DNA of 64,000 nt, from positions 83,886,001 through 83,950,000 of the forward strand of contig OZ024743.1 in NCBI GenBank assembly GCA_964016885.1, written 5' to 3'. A program made the position numbers and the translations under genes. This document shows positions 41,641 to 55,100 of the stretch, in pieces; position 1 is the stretch's first letter; each line of letters begins with the position of its first letter. The notes below the pieces were generated by a model. It was not told the DNA's origin and did not search any database. It worked only from the letters and a program-made list of their open reading frames with translations. Origin of the DNA: Eledone cirrhosa (Eukaryota).

Positions 41641-41646
<6 letters not shown>
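41262..41646 (-). mobile_element. Fold-back HHR element, family X, copy 2
   Basis: Arms ~41336-41476 / 41507-41646. Minus strand reads AGATGTAT-TTGACGA...GAAACGATTGTA-ATACGTCT. Confidence 0.8.
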
Positions 41647-41677
<31 letters not shown>

Positions 41678-41679
41678 CA

Positions 41680-41997
41680 TTAATCAGTATACACTGAGGA
41701 TGAAAAACTCAGAGCTGTATGGGAGCCTCCCAAAAGTGGGCTCAAAAGTGACACAGAAGAGACTGAGGTTAGCTGCACATGCTCACCGACATCCAGAGTT
41801 GACATTGCACTCAGTGCTCCTGTGGGAGCCCCTACATGAACACACTGGAAGAGGAAGACCGAGGTTAACGTATGTTGATGCCCTAAGGACAGACACTGGT
41901 CTGTTGGAGACGCAGGACATGGCAGCGATAGTGAGAGACAGAGACCGCTGGAGAGAACTCGTCCATGGATCTCGGGAATTTTACCCGCCCTAGAAAT
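41680..41997 (+). mobile_element. RTE/RTE-X LINE 3' fragment
   Basis: NSELYGSLP..RLRLAAHAHRH..LLWEP..GRGRPRLTYVD..DRDRWR, a typical RTE C-terminus. Confidence 0.8.
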
Positions 41998-42068
41998 ATA
42001 TATATATGTATGTATGTATATGTATGTATATATATGTGTGTGTGTGTGTGTGCATATATATATATATA

Positions 42069-42350
42069 ATGTCAGATTGCTCTCGAGTGCTACTGGTAAC
42101 ATGTAACCCAGTACAACCTGTCTCATGGTCGGGACCCGGCAAAAGGCGGAGGAACTCAGCAGAGTCAACGGCCATCCAAATAGTTTTGTTTTCTTTATTG
42201 AGAGCTGTCGTATTTTCCGTGGCAAACATTTGCACAGAAGATATGTGTCGTCAGTTCCAAAAAGTGTGGTTGGTCCTACACAAGCCTTCACCACTTCAAA
42301 CAAAACTTTGTGTGGGTAGTTCAACATCAGTTCACTTTCTCACATTTAAC
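42069..42350 (-). mobile_element. 3' fragment of a second R4-like family sharing its tail with the 610-bp element
   Basis: TTTGGATGGCCGTTGACTCT and CCCGACCATGAGACAGGTTGTACTGGG.TACATGTTACCAGTAGCAC..CTGACAT are shared. The upstream ...VKAC..LFGT...CKCL resembles an R4 C-terminus. Confidence 0.6.
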
Positions 42351-42384
42351 TTTTGTTGCACACTCATATATATATATATATATG

Positions 42385-42656
<272 letters not shown>

Positions 42657-42672
42657 ATATATAGTGCAGGTA

Positions 42673-42943
42673 ATTAGGGTGCTTATCCGTGAAGGTTACG
42701 CTGTAACGCCGCGGAGACAAACCGGTTTAAGCAATCTAAAATCACTTCATGTCAGTAGTGTATGACCAGTGAAATGTTGGCGATTAAATGTGACGGAGTT
42801 TCTATTTAGGAAATATTAGCTGGCCCCGAGCCGTAAAAAATGACGGCCAATTGAAATATGTATACCGACGTTATCACCCCTTCCTTCGTCAGTCATATCT
42901 TGTGACGGACAAATACACAAGCGTATATATATATATTAGTAGA
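42673..42943 (-). mobile_element. Possible short non-autonomous Helitron-like element
   Basis: Minus strand starts A|TCTACTAATATAT, has a subterminal hairpin GTTAC-AGC-GTAAC and may end CTAA|T. Confidence 0.3.
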
Positions 42944-44074
42944 TTGTTAAGACAGTGTTACTTTTACATAATTATTCTAGGGTCGATTCTTCCTCTGTAT
43001 CACTTTCTTATTTCCTCTTTATCACACTCGCCGTTGTGTTCAGACGTAGAGAGGAGATATGTACCACCAGGTTTAAAATACCCAAGATACGCTGTATGTG
43101 ACGACGGTGTTCTCTACGACTCCATCAATAGCTCGGCGTATTGTTCAGTCTCTCGCTTACATGTTGATTCAGCCGCCAGTTCTGTCTGGGCATCTTGCTG
43201 TCTTTTGAATCACTACGACGCCGACGGCGCCGCTGCTGAGCCAACACGAGCAAGAAATAATAATTTTGTCAGCAATAGCATTAAGGAACTTTTCTCAGAG
43301 CCTTCAAATCCCACCAATCAAAAGGCAGATACATCTGCCTCTAAGCATTAATAAGAAACAAAATTCATTATCTCATATGTTCGCCAGCATCACACCAAGA
43401 TGGTAATACATTACCAGCGGCATCTCTGTACCTGCATACTTGCATAACTACACCTCATAATTGTATGAACATCTGATGATACCACATGGAGACTGTCAAT
43501 GATATAACCATTGCATAACCACGTAATTGAAAAAATATATATATATAATGGAATAAAACAAATATATAAAATTAACTCTTAACAATATTTCGTATATATA
43601 TATATATATATATATACAGTATATATATATATATATATTCCTGTGCTGAAATACGATTCTCGCTAATTTATATATTATATTATATATATGAAGAGCTAGT
43701 TATAAACACTGAGAATAATCATTATTTTTTTTTAAGTTTTTCTGATACTTGGTCAGATGTCTCGCTTACATCCACTAATCAAACATGTGAAAAAGTACTA
43801 ACGGTTATGAGAATATATAATGGATTTAAAAGAGTCATCTAAAAGAACTGAGTAAGGCCTGGATTCACTTCGATTACATTTTAAATATAAGAGTTTCTTA
43901 AGTAAAGGGAATAATCTAAATGTATGCATGGTCCCATAACTCATGATAGAGTCGTAGGAGCGTTTCTTGAGCACTTTAGTCTGACGGAGCCCATCGCTCT
44001 CCAGGTCTGAGTACACCAGATTTCTTCCAGAGAAAGATAGAAAGAGGAAATGAGAAAGAGGTATATACAAGGTT

Positions 44075-44148
44075 GACCTCGGTGGGATGTGAACGAATAC
44101 CATAAAGCATTATATCCAACGTTCTAACGATTCTGCCAATTCGCCGCC
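44075..44148 (-). mobile_element. SINE family B 5' fragment
   Basis: GGCGGCGAATTGGCAGAATCGTTAGAACG...CCGAGGTCAAC on the minus strand. Confidence 0.6.
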
Positions 44149-44150
44149 TA

Positions 44151-44494
44151 TCTATCTATATACTACTAAAACGCTGTGATGTAATACAGCCAAAAGCGCG
44201 CATAATGGGAAAATACTTTGAAAGGAAGTTGCCCCTGAAATGGGAATATAATTGGAATAAAACAAGTTTCGCGTAAATCGAAGCACGGATTCCTGAGATA
44301 TGGGGTGTTCTGGGTACCTTCATAAACAGAGAGAGAGAAGGATAGAGAGAAAGAGATAGTGGTTGTGAGAGAGTAGATTGAAAGAGAGAGATAGACAGAG
44401 GGAGAGGAGACAGAGAAGGAGAAAGGAAGAGAGAGAGCTGGTGGTGTTGTTGTGTATATATATATGTGAGTAGTGTGTGTATATATATATGTGT

Positions 44495-44542
<48 letters not shown>

Positions 44543-44550
44543 CTATACAT

Positions 44551-44628
<78 letters not shown>

Positions 44629-44906
44629 CATCTACTACTCGGAGTACCGTAACTAGACTACACCTAAGTGGACTACCTATAACAATAATCTGTTACCCCG
44701 TATATGTATATATATATATGTATATACACAAACACACATTTATATATATACATACACACACGTATATATAAGGGCCTTCCAGTTTCATTTCACATTATAT
44801 ACATGTCTGTGTATATTTTAATTATTCAAAAATTATTTTTAAGTGAACATGATTCTTTTTTTATATTTTGAAGTGAACGTGGCCCAACGGGTCACGGGTG
44901 GTCTAG
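44151..44906 (+). mobile_element. Non-autonomous Helitron
   Basis: 5' A|TC, a 3' hairpin GTGGCCC-AAC-GGGTCAC followed by CTAG|T (44903-44907) and no TSD. Confidence 0.65.
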
Positions 44907-45348
44907 TATAAATTGAATACAGAAGAATGAGTATCTAGCATCAGAATAAATAAAGGAGTAAGCTATTGTAAAACAAAAGTCCATTCGAATAGCTAAAGAT
45001 TCACTGTATTAGAGCCCTATTGTTTTCGTGTTGCATATCTAAAGGGTTTTTCTCTAAGGCGTCATAATTGTTATGGTCTGTCTATTCTGATGATTAGCTC
45101 TAAGATTATACCATCTAATAAAACCACCAACAAGAGACTGTGGAACATATGTAGAAATTACACTAAATAAACATTCTAACTCATGATTAGGTTCTCTCCA
45201 TATCTTTGTGCGTGTGTGTCAGTGTGTGTGTGTGGATAAATTTTTGTTGTTTTTTAATTGCCTTCTTTTTTTTCTTCTATTTCCTATTTTCTATTCTCTG
45301 TTTGTGTTCGCCGTAATCCTTTTGTCTTATATAACTCATTCTGCAAGT

Positions 45349-45423
45349 AACACCTGATGAAATCGCCTAAGTCTTGCATCATGATCGGATGATGAAGCTG
45401 GACCATTGAAACATGTAGAGTTT
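45349..45423 (+). ncRNA. HHR motif in a PLE-like 3' end (~44910-45488)
   Basis: AACAC-CTGATGA-AAT...ATT-GAAACATGTA-GAGTT, ending in (TA)n. Confidence 0.6.
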
Positions 45424-45490
45424 TTTCGCGGAATTAAAATTCTAAAGAAAGTTTCCAGTCTGGCATTGTGTTGTTTTTAATGAGTGAGTA

Positions 45491-45576
<86 letters not shown>

Positions 45577-45979
45577 CGCGCGCGCACGTGTGTGTGTGGG
45601 GGGGGGGGGGGGGGTAGGTGTGTGTGGATAAAAGGATAGATGTATATATATATATGTGTGTGTGTGTGGATAAAAGGATAGATGTATATATATGTGTGTG
45701 TGAAATATTTGCGGTTCGGATACCTAGAAAACTATACATGAGTGTAATACTCGATGCATATTTAGGTACAGAGTTGGTATAGATATACGATATAATCCTA
45801 AAGGAGAGTCCTCCCCTTTTCGGCTGGCTACAGGGCTTATGAGAGGGGGGTCCAACTGGTACTTTGTTCTGGGGCCCAAGAGCTAAGAAGGCCCCACACA
45901 ACCATGAAATATCCATTTTGAGAAAAATCTGGCTATATATATACTGTATATATATATATATGTGTGTGTGTATATGTGT

Positions 45980-46368
45980 CTTATGGTAGCTAAGATGCGT
46001 TCATAGGCGATATGCCGGTTGAGCACTCCATGCTCATACGGAGCAGAGTATGATAAAATGGAAAACGAAGAATCAGTGATGCATCGGAACTCAATTTATT
46101 ACGCATTACAATTGTTTCCCCGGCGAACAGCTCGAGGTGCGATCTGTTTGTGGATCGAACCTGACTCTGGATTCGCAGGTTCCTCAAACACGTCTAGTGA
46201 GAAAGAGGATTTTCCCCGAAATCACTAGGCGTGTCTGGGGAACCTGCGAATCTAGAGTCAGGTTCGATCTACACACATATCGCACCTCGAGCTGTTTGCC
46301 GGGGAAACAATTGTAATACGTAGTAAATTGAGTTCCGATGCATCACTGATGCTTTGTTTTCCATTTTA
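45980..46368 (-). mobile_element. Fold-back HHR element, family X, copy 3
   Basis: Arms ~46052-46200 / 46222-46368. Minus strand reads ACGTGT-TTGAGGA-ACCTGCGAA...TTCGCCGGG-GAAACAATTGTA-ATGCGT. Confidence 0.8.
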
Positions 46369-46388
46369 TATATATATATATATATATA

Positions 46389-46705
46389 TACTCTCGAGTC
46401 TCGAATAATCGTCCCCGATCCCACACACTGCTTCTTAATTTTTTAGATTATATTTTTTCCAGCTCCCCGTTCTTATTCCAAACCCTCTCTTCCGATCATT
46501 AAATTTTGTTAATCTACGCCTGACGAAATTTTATTTTGAGTGTGACAATTATTTTTTCTTTATAACATTAAACACATTATACATGACAAAAAAAAAGCAC
46601 ATTACTACAAATCTCATACTTTATAAAATAAATAGGATGGGTTGGGGTCTCAATATCTAAACTAAGCAACTAATTCTGTTTTAAAAAAAAATAAACGGAG
46701 ACAAC
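46389..46705. mobile_element. Left part of probable MITE (same family as 39600-40866)
   Basis: Shared ~140-bp internal block and a TIR-like start after TA. Confidence 0.4.
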
Positions 46706-46713
46706 CTCTGTAT

Positions 46714-46787
<74 letters not shown>

Positions 46788-47031
46788 GGGGGTGAGAGCG
46801 GGGGAGGAGCGAGAGAGAGAATGGGGATAGATGGAGAGGGAGATTATATATGTGTATGTGTGTATGTCTGTGTGTGGGGAGGGGCTGACTGTGTGTGTGT
46901 TTAAAAAAATAATTTAAATATAAATACTTGATTCTTATCGTATTTGTCTTAAAAATAAGTCCAATGGGTCAATCTGTACTTTATTGAAGTGGCAACCATT
47001 ACAAATGTATGCTACAAATATTACCATTAGA

Positions 47032-47190
47032 AGGTTGCGAATTGGCAGAGCAGTTAGAAGGTCGGATAGAAAGATTTGTAGTATTCGTTCCGGTTCTCTG
47101 GTCTCTGAGTTCAAAACTTGCCGAGGTCAACTTTGCCTTTCATCCATTCGAAGTCAATAAAAACAGTACCAGTTTAGTACTGGGGTCGAT
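47032..47190 (+). mobile_element. SINE family B
   Basis: CTGAGTTCAAAACTTGCCGAGGTCAACTTTGCCTTTCATCC..GTACCAG..TACTGGGGTCGAT. Confidence 0.75.
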
Positions 47191-47207
47191 TCTTCTTCTA
47201 TATATCT

Positions 47208-47283
47208 TTCTCACCTCCATTCCCTATTCTCACCTCCATTCCCTATTCTCACCTCCATTCCCTATTCTCACCTCCATTCTCTA
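47208..47283. repeat. 19-bp tandem repeat x4 (TCTCACCTCCATTCCCTAT)
   Basis: Directly visible. Confidence 0.9.
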
Positions 47284-48149
47284 TTCTGCTCTGGAAGAAA
47301 TCTGCTGTATTCAGACCTGGAGAGGATTGTGTTCCGTCAGTTTTTAAAATACTCTAGAAACGCCGTATATCAATACGGCGCCCCTACGACACCCTCAGGA
47401 GCTTCTGGTCCATGCTGGCATGCATTACCATTAGATCTTAGCATCAGATTTCTCCGTTGAGATATCTTGTAAGAATTTTTGCTCCCATTTTGCCAGTTCT
47501 TCTACATCGTTGCATTCCAACAGGGAGTTGCAAATATAACTTTGTTTACATCTTCAAGTAGATGTTCTTTTTTTTCTTCTTCGTTATGTTGGACAAACAA
47601 TTCTGTTGGATTGGAAAAATTGTTTCTCGCTAAGTGAGCCTGGATATGGCAAGCAGGCGACAGAGAGAGAGGGGGTGGGGGAGAGTGACTTTATTAATTG
47701 ATGAAGAACAATATTGGTTTAGATAGAGATCCAAGTTATTGCTAAAGTAAATGTGAAGAAATGCTTATGAAAATAACGTTAGAATATATTCTTAGAGACC
47801 GCACAGCGTCTGACGCCGACTGAATGTTGTTTATGTAAAGATGATGGTGGTACTGATGGTGTTGATGGTGTTGGTGGTGTTGTTGGAGTGAGAAACATTA
47901 TACAGTTGCCAGTTGTTGTCACGTATAAACAAACACAGCTAGACGTTGTCGTCAGTGAAACCTTCTGTCGGTGTATTAATGAGATGGCCGTGATGAAACA
48001 GCCCGCTGTGTATTAATGGGTCGGGGTGAACATTTAACTAAAATTCTGCTGCCATAGGCCCTTCGCCAGTTATTACATCGCAATGTCACTAATGCATTTA
48101 ATTGTCATACACTTACCATTAATCTTTATTAATATTTGTATTTGTCTGG

Positions 48150-48755
48150 AGTGATGGATCGGCAGAATTATTAGCGCGTTTAGTTAAGTTTCTTTACGTT
48201 CTGAGTTCAAATCCCGCCAAGGTTAGCTTTACCTTTCATCCTTATGGGGTCGTTAAAATAAAGTACCAGTAATACACTGCGGCCGATTTAATTGACATTC
48301 CCTTTCCCCCAAAAATGGTTGGCCTTGTGGCTAAATCAGAAGCCAGTATTTGTATTTCTCTAGATAGAATTGTTAGCTCGTTCAGTTACGTTTTTTCATG
48401 TTCTGAGTTCAAACTTCGCCGCGGTCAACTTTACTTTTATATCTTTCCGGGGTCGATAACATAAAGTACCTGTCAAGTATTGGGGTTGATTTAATCACCC
48501 CCAATACTTTAGGCTTTGTGCCTAAATTAGAAATCAATGTCACAATGATAGTGAATCGGCAGAAATGGTAGAGCCATTTTTGTAACATTCAGTTACGTCT
48601 CTAGATTCAGAGTTCAAATCCCGCTGAGGACAATTTTGCCTTTCATCCTTCCGGGGTTGGTCAATAAAATAAAGTACCAGACAAATACTGGGGTCGATTT
48701 AAGCAACTTTGCCCTTCCTTTATATTTTCTGGCCTTATGCCTAGATTAAATATCA
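48150..48755 (+). mobile_element. Three tandem SINE family B copies (~200-bp period)
   Basis: GAGTTCAAA B box at ~48203, ~48404 and ~48610, each followed by ATAAAGTACC. Confidence 0.75.
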
Positions 48756-49144
48756 ATGTTTGTCTTTGTTTGAGGGTCTTACGTTAACAGAGATCAATGC
48801 AATTCCGGAATAAACAGTTTCAAATGCGGGCAACAAGCAGGACCGCTGCTACGATTAAGGCCAACTAGGCAGTTACCTAAGGTACAGACCTCAGAGAGGT
48901 TCATTACTGAACTTTAAACTTGTATGCAAATTTGTATAATTATAGAATAATATCTTGAGTTAAATATCTTTGCTGCGTAGCTGTGTTATAGAAATATCTA
49001 AAGCGGTGGAGAGTGTAGTATGGTGTTACATAATTTGACATGGTTGGGCGTAGAGAGGCTTAGTAATACACCACCACTTCCACTGCGAACATCCACTACA
49101 CCATCACGACACTCCGTCTGTTATGAAACAGATCAGAAAGTAAA

Positions 49145-52100
49145 CATCACAACCTACATTATCACTACCACAACCTACACTATCACTGCCACAACCTACA
49201 CTATCACTACCACAATCAACACTGTCACTACCACAAACTACACTATCACTACCACAACCTACACTATCACTGCCACAACCTACATTATCACTACCACAAA
49301 CTACACTATCACTGCCACAACCTACATTATCACTACCGCAACCAACACTATCACTAACACAACCTACATTATCACTGCCACAACCAACACTATCACTACC
49401 ACAACCTAGATTATCACTACCACAACCAACACTATCACTACCACAACCAACACTATCACTAACACAACCTACATTATCACTACAACAACCAACACTATCA
49501 CTACCACAACCTACACTATCACTGCCACAACCTACATTATCACTAGCACAACCAACACTATCACTACCACAACCTACATTATCACTACCACAACCTACAC
49601 TATCACTACCACAACCTACACTATCACTGCCACAACCTACATTATCACTACCACAACCAACACTATCACTACCACAACCAACACTATCACTACCACAACC
49701 TACACTATCACTACCACAACCTACACTATCACTGCCACAACCTACATTATCACTACCACAACCAACACTATCACTACCACAACCAACACTATCACTAACA
49801 CAACCTACATTATCACTACCACAATCAACACTATCACTACCACAACCTACACTATCACTGCCACAACCTACATTATCACTAGCACAACCAACACTATCAC
49901 TACCACAACCTACATTATCACTACCACAAACTACACTATCACTACCACAACCTACACTATCACTGCCACAACCTACATTATCACTACCACAACCAACACT
50001 ATCACTACCACAACCAACACTATCACTACCACAACCTACACTATCACTACCACAACCTACACTATCACTGCCACAACCTACATTATCACTACCACAACCT
50101 ACACCATCACTACCACAACCTACACTATCACTATCACAACCTACACTATCACTACCACAACCAACACTATCACTACCACAACCTACACTATCACTACCAC
50201 AACCTACATTATCACTAACACAACCTACACTATCACTGCCACAACCTACATTATCACTACCACAACCTACACCATCACTACCACAACCTACACTGTCACT
50301 ATCACAACCTACACTATCACTACCACAACCAACACTATCACTACCACAACCTACACTATCACTATCACAACCTACATTATCACTACCACAACCTGCACTA
50401 TCACTACCACAACCTACATTATCACTACCACAACCAACACTATCACTACCACAACCAACATTATCACTACCACAACCTACACCATCACTACCACAACCAA
50501 CACTATCACTACCACAACCTACACTGTCACTACCACAACCTACACTATCACTACCACAACCTACACTATCACTACCACAACCTACACTATCACTACCACA
50601 ACTAACACTATCACTACCACAACCTACATTATCACTACCACAACCAACACTGTCACTACCACAACACTATCACTACCAGAAGCAACACTATCACTAACAC
50701 AACCAACACTATCACTACCACAACCTACACTATCACTACCACAACCAACACTATCACTAACACAACCTACACTATCAATACCACAACCTACATTATCACT
50801 ACCACAACGAACACTATCACTGCCACAACCTACAATATCAATACCACAACCTACACTAACACTACCACAACCTACTTTCCCACTATCACTACCAAAACCT
50901 ACATTATCACAACCACAACCTATACTATCACTACCACAACCTACACTATCACTACCACAACCTACATTAACACAACCACAACCTATACTATCACTACCAC
51001 AACCAACACAATCACTACCACAACCAACACTATCACTGCCACAACCTACACTATCACTACCACAGCCTACACTATCACTACCACAACCTACACTAACACT
51101 ACCACAACCTACTTTACCACTACCACAACCTACACTGTCACTAACACAACCTACATTATCACTACCACAAACAACACTATCACTACCACAACCAACACTA
51201 TCACTACCACAACCTACACTATCACTACCAAAACCTACACTATCACGACCACAACATACACTATCACTACCACAACCTTCATTATCACCACCACAACCTA
51301 CACTATCACTACCACAACCAACACTCTCACTACCACAACATACATTATCACTACCGCAACCTACACTGTCACTACCACAACCTACACTATCACTACCACA
51401 ACATACACTATCACTACCACAACCTACACTATCACTACTACAACCAACACTATCACTACCACAACCTACACCACCACAACCAACACTATCACTACCACAA
51501 CCAACACTATCACTACCACAACCTACACAATCACTGCCACAACCTACACTATCACTACCACAACCAACACTATCACTACCACAACCAACACTATCACTAC
51601 CACAACCAACACTATCACTACCACAACCTACACTATCACTACCACAACCTACACTATCACTGCCACAACCTACATTATCACTACCACAACCTACACCATC
51701 ACTACCACAACCTACACAATCACTATCACAACCTACACTATCACTACCACAACCAACACTATCACTACCACAACCTACACTATCACTACCACAACCTACA
51801 CTATCACTGCCACAACCTACATTATCACTACCACAACCTACACCATCACTACCACAACCTACACTGTCACTATCACAACCTACACTATCACTACCACAAC
51901 CAACACTATCACTACCACAACCTACACTATCACTACCACAATCTACACTGTCACTACCACAACCTACACTATCACTACCACAACCTACACTATCACTACC
52001 ACAACCTACATTATCACTACCACAACCAACACTGTCACTACCACAACACTATCACTACCAGAACCAACACTATCACTAACACAACCAACACTATCACTAC

Positions 52101-55100
52101 CACAATCTACACTATCACTACCACAACCAACACTATCACTAACACAACCTACACTATCAATACCACAACCTACATTATCACTACCACAAAGAACACTATC
52201 ACTGCCACAACCTACACTATCACTACCACAACCTACACTAACACTACCACAACCTACTTTCCCACTACCACAACCTAAACTATCACTACCACAACCTACA
52301 TTATCACAACCACAACCTATACTATCACTACCACAACCTACACTATCACTGCCACAACCTACACTATCACTACCACAGCCTACACTATCACTACCACAAC
52401 CTACACTAACACTACCACAACCTACTTTACCACTACCACAACATACACTGTCACTACCACAACCTACACTATCACTACTACAACCAACACTATCACTACC
52501 ACAACCTACACCACCACAACCAACACTATCACTACCACAACCAACACTATCACTACCACAACCTACACTATCACTGCCACAACCTACATTATCACTACCA
52601 CAACCAACACTATCACTACCACAACCTACATTATCACTACCACAACCTACACTATCACTACCACAACCTACACTACCACTGCCACAACCTACATTATCAC
52701 TACCACAACCAACACTATCACTACCACAACCAACACTATCACTACCACAACCTACACTATCACTACCACAACCTACACTATTACTGCCACAACCTACATT
52801 ATCACTACCACAACCTACACCATCACTACCACAACCTACACAATCACTATCACAACTTACACTATCACTACCACAACCAACACTATCACTACCACAACCT
52901 ACACTGTCACTAACACAACCTACATTATCACTACCACAAACAACACTATCACTACCACAACCAACACTATCACTACCACAACCTACACTATCACTACCAA
53001 AACCTACACTATCACGACCACAACATACACTATCACTACCACAACCTTCATTATCACCACCACAACCTACACTATCACTACCACAACCAACACTCTCACT
53101 ACCACAACATACATTATCACTACCGCAACCTACACTGTCACTACCACAACCTACACTATCACTACCACAACATACACTATCACTACCACAACCTACACTA
53201 TCACTACTACAACCAACACTATCACTACCACAACCTACACCACCACAACCAACACTATCACTACCACAACCAACACTATCACTACCACAACCTACACAAT
53301 CACTGCCACAACCTACACTATCACTACCACAACCAACACTATCACTACCACAACCAACACTATCACTACCACAACCAACACTATCACTACCACAACCTAC
53401 ACTATCACTACCACAACCTACACTATCACTGCCACAACCTACATTATCACTACCACAACCTACACCATCACTACCACAACCTACACAATCACTATCACAA
53501 CCTACACTATCACTACCACAACCAACACTATCACTACCACAACCTACACTATCACTACCACAACCTACACTATCACTGCCACAACCTACATTATCACTAC
53601 CACAACCTACACCATCACTACCACAACCTACACTGTCACTATCACAACCTACACTATCACTACCACAACCAACACTATCACTACCACAACCTACACTATC
53701 ACTACCACAATCTACACTGTCACTACCACAACCTACACTATCACTACCACAACCTACACTATCACTACCACAACCTACATTATCACTACCACAACCAACA
53801 CTGTCACTACCACAACACTATCACTACCAGAACCAACACTATCACTAACACAACCAACACTATCACTACCACAATCTACACTATCACTACCACAACCAAC
53901 ACTATCACTAACACAACCTACACTATCAATACCACAACCTACATTATCACTACCACAAAGAACACTATCACTGCCACAACCTACACTATCACTACCACAA
54001 CCTACACTAACACTACCACAACCTACTTTCCCACTACCACAACCTAAACTATCACTACCACAACCTACATTATCACAACCACAACCTATACTATCACTAC
54101 CACAACCTACACTATCACTGCCACAACCTACACTATCACTACCACAGCCTACACTATCACTACCACAACCTACACTAACACTACCACAACCTACTTTACC
54201 ACTACCACAACATACACTGTCACTACCACAACCTACACTATCACTACTACAACCAACACTATCACTACCACAACCTACACCACCACAACCAACACTATCA
54301 CTACCACAACCAACACTATCACTACCACAACCTACACTATCACTGCCACAACCTACATTATCACTACCACAACCAACACTATCACTACCACAACCTACAT
54401 TATCACTACCACAACATACACTATCACTACCACAACCTACACTACCACTGCCACAACCTACATTATCACTACCACAACCAACACTATCACTACCACAACC
54501 AACACTATCACTACCACAACCTACACTATCACTACCACAACCTACACTATTACTGCCACAACCTACATTATCACTACCACAAACTACACCATCACTACCA
54601 CAACCTACACAATCACTATCACAACTTACACTATCACTACCACAACCAACACTATCACTACCACAACCTACACTATCACTACCACAACCTACATTATCAC
54701 TACCACAACCTACACTATCACTACCACAACCTACATTATCACTATCACAACCAACACTATCACTACCACAACCAACACTATCACTACCACAACCTACACC
54801 ATCACTACCACAACCAACACTATCACTACCACAACCTACACTGTCACTACCACAACCTACACTATCACTACCACAACCTACACTATCACTACCACAACCT
54901 ACACTATCACTACCACAACTAACACTATCACTACCACAACCTACATTATCACTACCACAACCAACACTGTCACTACCACAACACTATCACTACCAGAACC
55001 AACACTATCACTAACACAACCAACACTATCACTACCACAATCTACACTATCACTACCACAACCAACACTATCACTAACACAACCTACACTATCAATACCA

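Noticed and set aside
42851-43351. 166-aa ORF
   Set aside because: It spans repeat junctions, has a non-ATG start and shows no recognisable motif.
43465-43535. Additional HHR (CTGATGA at 43472); also a CTAATGA-like core near 8250(-)
   Set aside because: The stems are too degenerate to support a call.
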